From the human T2T-CHM13v2.0 reference genome, Homo sapiens, in NCBI RefSeq assembly GCF_009914755.1, contig NC_060930.1: DNA of 64,000 nt; one strand, given 5' to 3'. Under the pieces are notes generated by a model, which was not told where the DNA came from, ran no database searches, and saw nothing but the letters and a program-made list of their open reading frames with translations. Positions 35,851-52,188 of this stretch are shown here, piece by piece (positions within the stretch are counted from its first letter, which is position 1; each line of letters starts with the position of its first letter). Both the position numbers and the translations under genes were made by a program.

Positions 35851-38800
35851 CCTTCCCCACAAAAGGCTAACATTAATGAACTAATGATTAATACATATGA
35901 ATTGCTGGATTCACCCCATCTACATCCTTCAGGAAGGAAGACCCTGGATCTTTCATGCCTCCAGAAACCACCTACACAGTCACTTCCTCAGACCCTAAGG
36001 GTGCGCACAGGCTGCTATGAAGGCAAAGACCGAACTTCACTGGACTGTGGGTGAGCAGCTTACGTTAGCCAAGTTTCTCCTAAAAAATGGGAGGGGTTTT
36101 GGGGGGAAAACAATTTTACTTTCTGATTAAATATGATCTTGTAATTGCTTTCCCTGTTATTACAGTTTTTAAAGCACAGTAATTTATCAAAAGATTTAAA
36201 GTCCATGAATCTAAAAATAATCATTATTTTTGGTGCAATTGTTTTTAACGGCCTAACCATTCCCTCCTCTCTGGTAGTTTTATCTGGAGTGTGGGGATTG
36301 AAGGTGAGACTCACCTTACCTGCAATTAACTACCATGAAAGGAAGGTTGAGAGGTGCCCAAATCTGCCCTAACAGAACTAATGTGCCTGAGAACACTTTT
36401 GCTATTCATGAATAAAATATGGAGTGGAAGCCAGAGAAGTGCAATTTAAGTCTCACCTTAGTTGCCCTATGTTTTCAAACTCAGTACAATGTGGTAAAAC
36501 TTACAAGGCATACTCGGTTTAAAAATAAGACCAGAGGTTCCTTTATAAGTCCTACAGACTGAGGGAAATGAAAATTGCATTACATATCCACCTTTAGTCC
36601 ACTTCTCTTGCACAGCTCCTGATAAATTGCTTTGCAACTTAACTGGCAATACTAGTTGGTCCCACATCCCACCCTCAGCCTCCCACCCACCAGGGTAGAT
36701 TTCTGAACTTAGTGGAAAAAGTCCCACGTCTCCACTAAGTGCAGGCACTAAACCAAGCTATTAGGAAGGGGAAAGGGGAGTGGGGGTTCATTAGAGAAAT
36801 GCTTTGCTAGTGGTTCAAAGTACATCTTTTCTCAGAATAACTCCTTTTTTTCCCTACATTCTATTTCTTAAGTTTGAGAGTAGGTAAATGTAAATTTTAC
36901 CAAAAATAAAACAAGATTATAATGCAACACGTGAATCAGCCTTTTGAAGGGCACAGGAAGGGAAGTCACAACTCCCAACCTCCTCCTCCCAATCCCCACT
37001 CCCCAGACCATATCAGCTGGCCTGACAGCCATCAGGAGCAGTCCTCGCTGGAATTGCTGACTGAGGAGCCTATCTGACACTAGAGAGCAAATGTCCTGAC
37101 AAGGGATTCTGCATCAAGGCCTAAACCCAAAAGTCAAAGCCAGGGAAATCTGGAAAGAACAGAGGCCAAAATATAACGGAGGAAGTCTGAGAAGCAGACC
37201 ACCTATCCACTGCAGGCCCAGGTGGACAGAGACCAGGCTTAAGCAACGTTTGCCGAGCAAACATGTTGCTCTTCTCACAATATAAATATATTTAATCCTT
37301 TTATAGCAAGATCCCAAGCTGATCCCAAAAGCCCATTCAGAAGGATTTTATTATGCGAGTCACCAAAAATCAGTTACAGGCAAGTTTGCCTTTACGTTAA
37401 CAGCTAAGGAGCCTCCAAGTCTGGGCTCTGGGGAAGCCCTTTGTTCCGGGAATCCCATCCCTCAAGCAGGGCTTTAATTTCACTTCAATTTCAAGTCCCC
37501 AAATCAAATTTTAAAAGTGCCCACTTAAAGAACTGCAGAATAAACGAGGGGTCCAGTACTTTTTCTGGACCCTCCAGGCCTCAGGACAGTATCAAATTAC
37601 AGGGCTTTCCCTCCTGGATATGGCCCCTCCGCCCCCCCACTTTTTTTCTTTTTTAAAAAAGAGAATCCCACACACACCCTACTGTGTCCACCATTTCAAA
37701 TACCTTGCAAATACATCCCTATTCTGCATCTCTCCGGAGTCTTCTAAGAATCTGGGAGGAGCTAACAAATGGAATTTGAATAATAATGAGGCGACTGAAC
37801 AATTTAATTACGGAAGGTAGCTCTAGAGACTCCAATAAAACGGCTGAAAGCCTTTATCTACAAAAATGTGGCCTGGTGCTCAACGGTAAGACCAATTACC
37901 GGGAGTGCAGAAGACAGAAAGCACAAAGGTGCACACATCAGTTTAAGCAAATGAGGAATTAGCACAAATCATCCCAAGAGAGAAAACGCTATGAAAAAGG
38001 GTGACTTGAGAGGCTGCTTTCTCATCTACCAGGCGCAAGGCATAGTTAACTTTATTTCCTTTCTGATTCATTGAAAGTCGTGCCTGCCAGATGTAGAATA
38101 ATGAAACTACCCTAGTGAGAAAAGCTTTGCATAGAGAATTTAAAATAAGTTCAGTGAATTCTCAATAAAAGTTCTTTAAAAATCAATAGTCACAAAGGTA
38201 CTTGTATCTCTCACACAATTTCTTCAGTGTGAAACATTAAAGTTAGTTCCTTCTCTTGGATGCATACAGTTTCACTGAGAATAACATCATGTTTAACAGC
38301 CGCTTTCTATTGACCTTTCCAAGTGACCTTACAGTAAAGGAACTTTTGCTCGCTTCTGAGGGAAACTAAAAAAAGTTTAACCTCTCTGGAATACTAAAAG
38401 GCTCTCAACTTCCTTACACCTTAAGAAAATGCAGGAAGCCCCCACAAGCTGAACGATTGCTAAAACCCGCTTCTAGAACAGGAAAAAGAGTTTGCTTCAC
38501 TATTGAAGCAAAGAATTCCCCGCCGCGCGCTCACTCCCGGGCAGGCACTGCCATGTCCAGGTGGTGATACCGAGAGCAGATAAGGTGTCCTGACAACGGT
38601 GTTTGCGTGGATCCCGGGAAATCTGCGGCCTCTCGGAGACTCCCACAACAGCTTGGCGAGCATCCCCCCGCCGCCCCGCGGGTCTCCCCAGCCACTACCT
38701 GGGTGGGCCCCTCCCGCGGCGACGCGGGGCGAGACTGACACCCGCAGCTGCCGACGACCCTGCCAGTCACGCCGCCGCCGGCTGCCTTTTTTTAGCCACG

Positions 38801-39210
38801 ACATCTGACCCTGGCTTCAACAGCACCGTTCTGGGAGAGAGGTCCCAGGGCGCGCCCGCGGTCCCCTCCCCTCCCCAACCGCCAGACGCTGCGGAGAGCT
38901 TGGGGTGAGGGGCGCGGGAGGCACCGGCTCTGAAAGGGGCAGAAGCGCGCGCTCCTCCAGCCCAGACGCTTACTCCCTCCTTCCCCTTTTCCACCGATCC
39001 TGGTTGCCCCTCCGCCACCAGCACCGCGCTCCCTCATTTGGCAGCTCGAGGTCGGGCTTTTGGCGTCCCTCCCCACCCCAAACCCTCAACTGGACCCGCT
39101 CCCCTGGACCCCCTCCAAGTCGGTGGCTCGCGCACGGCCGGGCTGGGGGCGGGAAGGCGCCAAGGGGAGGAAAGGGGCGCGAGCCGAGGACGCGGGGGCC
39201 GGGCGCTCAC

Positions 39211-39358
39211 CTCCCTCCTCTGTGCCGCTGTCCGGATCGGCGTCGGAGGAGTCGGGCCCGTCTCCGTAGTCCGCTAGCCCCACCAGCTCATCCTCCTCCT
39301 CCTCCTCCTCCGCGTCGTCCTCGTCCTGCGGCTGCGGCTTCCCCAGCACCTGGCTCAT
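39211..39358 (-). CDS. RRAGD: RRAGD coding exon 1 (aa 1-49, acidic N-terminal extension)
   Basis: ATG at 39358-39356 (acgATGa); encodes [11 protein letters not shown]...DSGTEEG; donor GAG|GTGAGC at 39211/39210; 148 nt, phase 1. Confidence 0.97.
39293..39310 (-). repeat. (GAG)6 coding repeat (poly-Glu in RRAGD exon 1)
   Basis: Pure (CTC)n on plus. Confidence 0.9.
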
Positions 39359-39638
39359 CGTGCCCACCGGCCGGCCGGCCCGGGGACGGCGGGGGTCCCG
39401 GGGTGGGGGCCAAGCCTCCTAGCCGGCCGCCCGCAGCCTATTTCTGAAGCGGAGGTTTGTCTAGAGCTCAGCGGGGCCCGGCGGAAGCGGGGGCCGCGCG
39501 TCCCCCGGCGGGCGGCGCCCAGGTCCGGGTCCCGCGGTTCCCAGCGCGCCCGAAGCCCCCTCCCCCGCCCCGCCCGCCGGCGGAGGAGTCAGCCGGAGCG
39601 CGGCAGTTCCTCCCGGAGGAGGGAGAGAGAGAGAGACT
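39359..39638 (-). other. RRAGD: RRAGD 5' UTR (approximate)
   Basis: GC-rich and free of upstream ATG; initiator-like GCAGT on the minus strand at ~39640-39636 followed by a pyrimidine tract. The exact TSS is inferred. Confidence 0.7.
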
Positions 39639-39649
39639 GCGTGACCCGA

Positions 39650-39659
39650 GTCACCTGAC
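39650..39659. promoter_or_regulatory. CLEAR-like E-box GTCACCTGAC
   Basis: 9/10 match to CLEAR GTCACGTGAC just upstream of the inferred TSS; RRAGD is an established TFEB/TFE3/MITF target. Confidence 0.7.
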
Positions 39660-39915
39660 ACACACTGTCACATACTCACATACACACCCCGCACGGGCGC
39701 GCGCGCGCTCGCCCGGCCGCGGGCACCACTCGGCGGGGCGCTGGGCCGAGGACACACATGCACACGCACACGCACACGCACGAGGAGACCGGGGAGGCGC
39801 GGGGCCCCTGCACCCTCCCAGACTCACACCGACACACGCCCCGTACACGGGGCCCCCGGGACGCCGGCCGTCACCCACCGCGGCTGCGCGCCAGGGGCCC
39901 CCACGCGCCTCTCCT

Positions 39916-39923
39916 TCACGTGG
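39916..39923. promoter_or_regulatory. E-box TCACGTGG (CLEAR-like)
   Basis: CACGTG core with 5' T, ~280 bp upstream of the inferred TSS. Confidence 0.65.
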
Positions 39924-40280
39924 TCCCCGCACAGGCAGGGGAGGGGGCGCCGCACACCCTCAATGTCCCCCCCGCCGTCCCACTCCCACACGCCCGCAGA
40001 GCGTCTACCGTGGGCGGATGCCTCCTGCTTACAGTCCTGAGCTAGGGTCCCAAGCGGGTGGCCTCCCAACACTGTGGCGCCCAGATCCCCCACCCCAGAG
40101 CAGCGTGCCCAGGACACCCTGTGGACGCTCAAGAGCCCCAGGCGGAGAACTCAGATAAATGCACAGTGGAGGCGCAGTCTCCATAGCAATTGTCTTTTAG
40201 TGTGCCTTTATGGTTCAAAGTGCTTCCCACCAAGAATATTTAAAAAGCAGGCCTACCCAGACGTAAATGTTTCTGAAGAA

Positions 40281-40290
40281 ATCACATGAC
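40281..40290. promoter_or_regulatory. M-box/CLEAR-like ATCACATGAC (GTCATGTGAT on minus)
   Basis: TCATGTGA MITF/TFE-type site ~650 bp upstream of the inferred TSS. Confidence 0.65.
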
Positions 40291-40870
40291 TCGTGGCTGC
40301 TTAGACTAAATAATTCCTCTGCAGCCCTTTGGAAAAGGTCTCAGTGTATAACACACTCGGGGGCTATTCATGGCCACCTCCTCATGTCTCATTGTTGCAT
40401 AGACTGTAATCCCACATGAATAAAATATTTCAAGGCTTTTGTGGGAGTAGGGGAGTGGCGGTGGTGGGGGGGCAATTCTCAAATAGGAATAGCAGCAACG
40501 TGGAGTGAGACTGTAAAACCTGCATTCCTCCTTCACAAGCTTTTCACCACGGAACACACTGTACCCACCCTTTCTGGGTACTGCAAAAAATTACGTGGAT
40601 GAACTTCCTTCTGTGGAGCACAATAAGAAAAAACCGGCCGGTCAGCATGATGATCCAGCTCCTACAGGTGCCAGCAGCTCAGCCGGTGGTGCGGTGCAGA
40701 AGCGGAGGGAGGAAGCTAGGGCAGGAGACTCTCAGGGCCCAAGGGTGCTAACCTCCATAGGAAACATTTATTAACCACCTCCTATATGCCTGAGGCTGGG
40801 CTAAGTAGAGGGTCCAAGAATGCTCAGGGCAGTGTTCCTGCCCTGAAGGAGCTCACAGTCTACCAAATCA

Positions 40871-40877
40871 TGACTCA
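40871..40877. promoter_or_regulatory. AP-1 consensus TGACTCA
   Basis: catgactcatg, symmetric flanks, ~1.2 kb upstream of RRAGD; motif only. Confidence 0.35.
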
Positions 40878-41004
40878 TGTCCTGGATTTTTTTTAGTATT
40901 TCTGAGTGCAGAAGGTGGATGCAGACACTTTCCAGAAGGTGGCTGCTTCTAATGGGAAAGGTCCTGAGATTTTCCAAGGGAGGCAGGCAGTATAATTTGG
41001 TATG

Positions 41005-41450
41005 ACTGTATCAGTTAAGGTTCTTCCCAGGATGAAACAGACGGTATGTGCAAAGACTTTAACTGAAGCCTTCAAGTGAAGGAACAATTTACAGGGGTGT
41101 GGACAGAGTTTAGGGAATCAATGCAGGTATTAGCGATAGTGGGAAGATAACACCACCCCTAAATTTACAGGAGTGAGGAAGGGAGCTAGAGTCCTGGAGA
41201 GGGGCCACAAAACAGGAGCTGTAACTGATGACGAAGCTGCTGCTGCCAGAACGGCCTCACATCAAGGAGAGAGCAAAGACCTCTCTTTCTCTCCATCCAT
41301 CCTCCCTCCACTCTCCTGTGTCTCCCATTGGCCAAACCCATCTGGTAGCCAGAAGGCAAGGGAGCCTGGAACCTAGTCCAGGACAGAGATTGGATAGGGA
41401 GGGCAGGGAGTGGGTCCCTGGGTGGGGTGAGGTGCAAGGAGCATCACCAA
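41005..41450 (-). mobile_element. Old MaLR (MLT1-like) LTR
   Basis: ctcccattggccaaacccatctggtagccagaaggcaagggagcctgg is typical of reverse MLT1. Confidence 0.55.
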
Positions 41451-42023
41451 CACAAGCAGGCACTACATACTCCCATCAGAGGCAAGTTACTTATGCCCTT
41501 CTAAACCCGATTGCTTATCAATAGAACATCACTCCTTCTAAGGATTATTAGGAAGATTAAATGAGGGGGAAAAAAAATCTCAGGTACTTACAAAGCTCAT
41601 TTCCTAGGAGTAATTTTCCTAGCCTATTTTCATCCCTTCCATCAAAGGAAACCCCAGGGAGGAGGGCCTCCCAGAGTGTGGCTGAGGACTTTCAGCTATT
41701 CTATAGCTAGCCCACCATCCTCAAGTGGCCTTTGAACTGGTCTGATTCAAACTGCAAATAACAATTTAGGAGATCTAGAAGACTGTCCAAGGTCAACCCA
41801 GACTCAGACGTATAGGGCATTCCTGGGCAGGTTGCCAAGTGTGTATGCCCCATGGACTCAAGGGATCAGGAAAGGGCAGGTCATAATCCAACAGCCCCAC
41901 TGTGCCTATGGACTAGAAAGGACAGAAATGTCTGATGATCCTCTAACTTCCCCAGGAAGAGAGATCTTAGAAGGAAACAATAGATTGGGGCACACTCCAA
42001 GATACTTGAGAATTGGACCATTC

Positions 42024-42349
<326 letters not shown>

Positions 42350-43544
42350 TAAAATCCCACAAAAAAATCAGTAGAAGTCAAATCCTCAATTATATTCTAC
42401 CCCAAGCTAAAGAGTCATATACAGATTTAAGATATTCTAATTTACTACCATTTCAGAAATGTATAGTTGAACAGAACAGGAAAAGCCTTGATTGCTTTTT
42501 TTCTTTTGCTGACATCATTTGAATACTGTCAGCTTTCAAAGAAGAGATATGTTGAAAATATCCTAGAAATAGAAGTTCTTGAATTTAAAAAATCATGTGT
42601 GTAGAATCTTTCTGAATTTAAATAAAAACTGAAAAACACTACAAGAACCCTGAAAGCCTTTAAGAAACTCAGCGTGGGATCTGCTCAGTGAATTGGCTGC
42701 TGCCTTGGCCGCTCTGCACTGGAGCTCAGCCTATGTCTGGGGATGTCTCCCCAGGAGAGTGCTCTGAAGAATGTGAAGATTGGTCTCTGGGCTACCCATG
42801 GTTTCTGCTGTGGTATGTAACCATGGCAAGTATGTAACCATGGCTTATACTTGACAGGTGCTTAATAAATGCTTATGGAAAAAAAGAGAGATGGGAGAAA
42901 GAAAAGAAGGAGAGAAGGAAGGGAGGGAGGAAGAGAAGAAGAAAAGAAGGGTGGGAAGAACGGAGGAAGATAGTATATGGCTCTTCACACAGATCTAGCC
43001 TATTTCTGAGAGAAACTTCAGGAAGAAATAGCAGCCAAGTTTTCTACTTGCTCCAAACCTTGGGAAATGCCACAGTGTGGGTAAATATGAAGTGTTAGCT
43101 ACAAGAGAGCAACTAGGAATGAGCTGACATGCAAAAAGAGCATAAGTCTTAGGCCTTCATCTGTCCAAGACTGCCTGAGATCTGAAGAGACTACAATATC
43201 ACGACGACTAAATGCTTATTTTATTTCAACTAACTTTTCCTTCTTAAAAAAAAAAAACTCTTAATTTTTAGACATTTTTAGCATCATGAAAGAAGAGCTT
43301 TGTCTATTACCCATTAAAATTTAGCCAACTAACATTTACTGAGATTTTCTACAAATAAGGAGGCACTGTTCCAAGATAATATGAACTTTAAAATATTCCC
43401 TCTAAGAAAGTGATATCATCCCCTCTACTTTATAGATAAGAAAACTCAATTTAAACAAGTCACCCAAGGTACTGCACAGAATGGATGGAGGAACTACTTT
43501 GGAACTCAGACAGCCTGACATGAAACCTTAATCCAAACTTATAC

Positions 43545-43741
43545 ACCCCATGGCCCAGGATGGCTTTGAATGCAGCCCAACACAAATCTATAAATTTTCT
43601 TAAAACATTATGAGACGTTTTTGCAATTTTTTTTTTTAGCTCATCAGCTATCATTAGTGTTAGTATATTTTATATATGGCTCAAGACAATTAATTCTTCT
43701 TCCAGTGTGGCCCAGGGAAGTCAAAAGATTGGACACCCCTG
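43545..43741. mobile_element. MER30 (hAT-Charlie)
   Basis: ggcccaggatggctttgaatgcagcccaacacaaa...caaaagattggacacccctg. Confidence 0.85.
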
Positions 43742-44869
43742 CCTTAGTCCCATTTAATGGCCTAAGGCTAAACTCTACATTAAAGCCATTGAACTGAAAA
43801 GGGTAGAAGGGAAGTGATTAGCTGCTCCCAATCTCCTAAGTAAAGAAGCAAAGCTCATATAGACACTCAAAAAATGGATCTGTTGTCTCAGCCGGATTTA
43901 ATTTGCAGGATTCACTAAGAGAAAAGGGAAAACAAAAAACAAAACAAACAAACAAACAAAAAACTGAAAAGCTTCCTAACCAACAAAAGAAAGAAAACTT
44001 CTTGTTATAATACAACTGTGGATTGTCATTCCTTTTACTAGGAAGACAAATGGCAAGTAATTTAGTACCCTTTCTGGTTTATATTATTTCTATACTGTAT
44101 GCTAAGCCTAAGTATAAAATCCAAGTGTACTTTGGCTTGAAAATTTGAATTTTAAAGGGAAGAAGTTTGTTTCCTGATTTCAGTGAATTATTTTGCTGTT
44201 ACCAATTAGATGTCTTGTGATGACAAGGAATATGAGAGCTATTTAAAAGAAACCTGTACAATGTAGGCAGAGTAATTGCAGTCCTGAATAGGGCAAGCAA
44301 TTAAATACAGCCTGCATCCTGCATCTTAGGGTATTTTGAGGCATCTCATGGCATTGTGCCTGGTTCCTGGGATTCACATGTTGAAAGCTTTTCACGCTTT
44401 CTTTTAAAATATGTATTTAAAGCTATTCATCCTCTCTTGAAGCAAGCAAAGGAAAGAGCCTTCTACAGAATCCTGCTGGACTCATTCTAACCCAGGGAAG
44501 CCAAACAAATTTCTAAAGAGGGCAGCTCACAGCCTCCAGTTCACCTAAGACATTTGATGATCTAATGTCATTAAAATTCATTAAAAATTATTGAATAATT
44601 TTTGAGAGGCAGTCCCTCATGAAAGAGATATTATTAAAATGTTTTATGATTTTAAAAACATGCACATAGTAAAGTAGTCCAACAACACAAAAGAATATCC
44701 AATGAAAAGCTAGTTTCTCTCTCTCCTGACCTACAGCCCCCCAGTTCTCTCTAGAGGGAAACACTTGGCTTCAAATGTGCAGACATACTCATAACCATTA
44801 CAGAGATTTATACTTTATAACTTCATCACCTTAACGGTTGACGAACATTTTTTAAAGAAAGAAAATGAA

Positions 44870-45250
44870 GAAGATGGAATTTTCAGATCTGTGCTTTGAA
44901 GGAAAAAAACAGAGGGAGGTGAAAGAGTAGCTGAGGGTGAGGGAAGGAGGCCGATTTTGATGGGGTAGCCAGAGAAGACCTCTCTAAAAAGGTGACATTT
45001 TAGCTGACCAGGAGAAGGAGAGAGCAAAATGAAAGTCAGGATGGAGAGTGTTTCCCAGGAACTACTGTTTTCAGCAACTGGAAAAACCAAGAAGGGGCAG
45101 GGTTTGGTGTTGGAGGAAAAAAAAGGCCAATGTAATGAAAGAGCAGGAGGATGGCAGGCACAAGGGACAGGTAGTTTTTTCAGCCAGGGTAGGGAGCTTG
45201 GATTGTATTCTAAGTGCCACTGGAAGCACTGAAGAAGTTTAAGAAGGGAG
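44870..45250. mobile_element. L2 fragment
   Basis: agagaagacctctctaaaaaggtgacattttagctga...ttgtattctaagtgccactggaagcactg. Confidence 0.7.
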
Positions 45251-45253
45251 GTA

Positions 45254-45990
45254 GCTAGGCGCAGTGGCTTGTACCTGTAATGCCAGCACTTTGGGAGACC
45301 AAGGCAGGATAATCTTTTTGAGCCCAAGAGTTCCTGACCAGTCTGGGCAACACAGGACACCTTGTCTCCACCAAAAAACAGAAAAAATTAGCCAGGTGTG
45401 GTGGCATGCAACTGTAATCCTAGCTACTCAGGAGGCTGAGGTGGGAGTATTGCCCGAGCCAAAAGGTCGAGGCTGGAGTGAGCTGAGACTGTGCCACTGC
45501 ACTCCAGCCTGGGTGACAGAGCAAGGCCAAAAAAAAAAAAAAGAGAGAAAAAAGAAAAAAAAAAGGAAGGAAGGAAGGGAGGGAGGGAGGAAAGCAGGGA
45601 GGGAGGAAAGGAGGGAGGGAGGGAGGTGGGTGAAATGTGTTGTATACTTTTCTTAAAGCTCACTCTAGGCCAGGTATGGTGGCTCATGCCTATAGCCCCA
45701 ACATTTTGGGAAGCAGAGGCAGGAGGATCACTTGAGGCCAGGAGGTCAAGACCAGCCTGGGCAGCAGAGCAAGACCCTACCTCTACAAAAAAAAAAAAAT
45801 TAAAAATTAGGTGGGCATGGTGGTGTGAGCCTGTAGTCCCAGCTACTCAGGAGGCTAAGGTGGGAAGATCACTTGAGCCCAGGAGTTTGAGGTTACAGTG
45901 AGCTACAGTAGTGCCACTGCATTCCAGTATGGGCAACAAGGCAAGACCCTGTTTCAAAAATTAAGAAATAAAATTAAAAAAATAAATAAA
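45254..45990 (+). mobile_element. Two J-type Alus with a GA-rich tail expansion
   Basis: 45254-45565 and 45668-45990 (TSD aagctcactct). Confidence 0.9.
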
Positions 45991-46002
45991 TTCAAGCTCA
46001 CT

Positions 46003-47240
<1,238 letters not shown>

Positions 47241-47842
47241 ACTGATGAACATATTCTGGCTGATATGGGAAAAATGGATTTTAGAGGACTTACAGGTGGA
47301 AGCAGAAATAACAGGTAGGCCACTGGAGTGGTAAGAGAGAAATGAGTGAGAACAGTGGAAATGGAGAGGAGTTGATAGATTTGAGATAAATTTTGGAGGT
47401 GGAACAGATAAGATGTATTGATAGATTTAATGTGGGTGGTAAGGGAAAGGACTCCTCCCAAGCATTTGATTTGAGCAACCAGATGTAAGCTAATGCTGTT
47501 TATCAAAATATGTAAGACCCAGATAGGAACAGGATTGGGAGGTGAGAAGTGAATCAGGGTCCTAGATTTCTAACATTCTAGTTACTGTGTATTGCTACAG
47601 AGCAATCTCTCTTAATCCTGCAATTTTGGCCATTTCTTAGATGTCTATCATGTTGTCTTTGAAATAAATAAATATTTATTTATTCTATAAATTGAATAAA
47701 TAAATGAAGTTTTCTGACTACAAGCCATGAATGAACCAAAGATGACATTTGTGGTTATCCAAAAAAAAGTCTCAACCTAGTGAGATGGAATTGCTACACA
47801 GGAACTTTTCCTGTGTAAAAAAGTAAATTTTAATAAAAATTA

Positions 47843-48620
<778 letters not shown>

Positions 48621-49348
48621 AATTTAACTTTTTATTCATATAGACTTTTAAGGACAAGCTTCTGATGTAAATAGTGCTATCACATGAGAGCAGAAAGCTC
48701 TCTCTTGACAACAGAGTCGGCAGTACAGAGGTATTAAATGCTCCACATGTCTGTAGATCAGTTTGGACTTGGCAACCCCTGCTTTGGATGGGAGAGTTAC
48801 AACAACTTATATATTCAATGATATAAGTAAGCAGATACTCCAAGAGAAACAACCTCATTAAAAATTCACTAGAATGAAGTCTCAGAACTGTCACTTACAC
48901 AGTATGTGTACATACTGTGTACTTACACAAAAATAGCAGGCACTATCAGTCAGCTACCTCCAAGCCATTCCCAAACCTTCTACAAGCCCACTTTCCAAAT
49001 TAGAGCAGGGAAAATCAGATACTTAAACTCCAAGACCCTTTCACATCTGTTCAGTAAGCTGTGAGGAGGAATCCTGCTGGGGAACTTCTAGGAAAGAGTT
49101 TGCTTCCTGATAAAAGAGACTGACGAATCAGAAGAGTCCCCTGATACCACCATTTCCCAATTTGAACCCCATTTGTAAGAACATGGTACTTGGAGGTGGG
49201 GAGGCCATCTTGCAACCATGAAATAACCATGCAACCTGAGGTTGAAGATAAAAGTCCATCATGGGAATAGCAGCATAAAGAGAGGAAAGCTCTAGATGAC
49301 CTTGCTGAACAGCTGCACTCTAACTGGGAAATGCCTACCTCAAACTTC

Positions 49349-50422
<1,074 letters not shown>

Positions 50423-50522
50423 CCCACACTTCTTATTTCAGGAGAAAATTATAAGTCTATTCCTTAAGCTAGTGCTTCCCCACCTTGTATGGTAATGGCA
50501 CACATAGAAAATGATACTATTT

Positions 50523-51475
<953 letters not shown>

Positions 51476-51812
51476 GCTGGAGGGGGGACCTTGCTTTTAC
51501 TTCTCTCTGCACTTCTCCCTTTATTCTTCTCTCTCTGCATGAAAATTGGCTTTCTGTGCTTTTCCTACCAGAGGGCAGGAGACAGCTGCCCCACCCTCCT
51601 GGTCCCAGTGATAGTGGGCCCATCCTCTGGAATCAGGCTTCCTAGGTTTAAATCCTAACTCCATCCTTAGTATCTGTGTGACCTGTAGCAAGTTACTTAA
51701 CCTCTCTGTGCCTCAATTTACTCATCTCTAAACTACTGATAATGTAACATACCTCAGTAGGGTTGTGGGAAGGAATTAAATCCATTAAACTATATAAAAT
51801 AATTTAGGACCA

Positions 51813-52188
51813 TGTATTACTCTGTTTTCGTGCTGCTGATAAAGACATACCTGAGACTGGGCAATTTTACAAAAGAAGGAGGTTTAATTGGGCTTACAGT
51901 TCCACGTGGCTGGAGAAGCCTCACAATCATGGTGGAAGGCAAGGAGGAGCAAGTCCTGTCTTACATGGATGGCAGCAGGCAAGGAGAGAATGAGGAAGAC
52001 GCAAAAGCAGAAACCCTTGATAAAACCATCAGATCTTATGAGACTTATTCACTAACACAAGAACAGTATGGGGAAACCACCCCCATGATTCAATTATCTC
52101 CCACTGGGCCCCTCCCACAACACGTGGGAATTATGGGAGTACAATTCAAAATGAGATTTGGGTGGGGACACAGAGCCAAACCATATCA
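51813..52188 (-). mobile_element. THE1 (THE1C-like) MaLR solo LTR inserted in a MIR
   Basis: Minus strand starts TGATATGGTTTGGCTCTGTGTCCCCACCCAAATCTC; ~376 bp; MIR flanks on both sides. Confidence 0.9.

Larger units (their letters stand above)
38500..40180. promoter_or_regulatory. CpG island / RRAGD promoter
   Basis: Very high GC and CpG density spanning exon 1, with multiple GC boxes. Confidence 0.95.

Noticed and set aside
39359-39367. In-frame GTG start 9 nt upstream of the RRAGD ATG
   Set aside because: Near-cognate codon with C at -3, while the ATG has A at -3; an ORF-caller artefact.
38460-40289. Many long overlapping ORFs in the RRAGD CpG island
   Set aside because: Stop-poor GC-rich sequence gives Pro/Arg/Gly/Ala-rich ORFs in all frames; only 39358-39211 is supported by splicing and homology.
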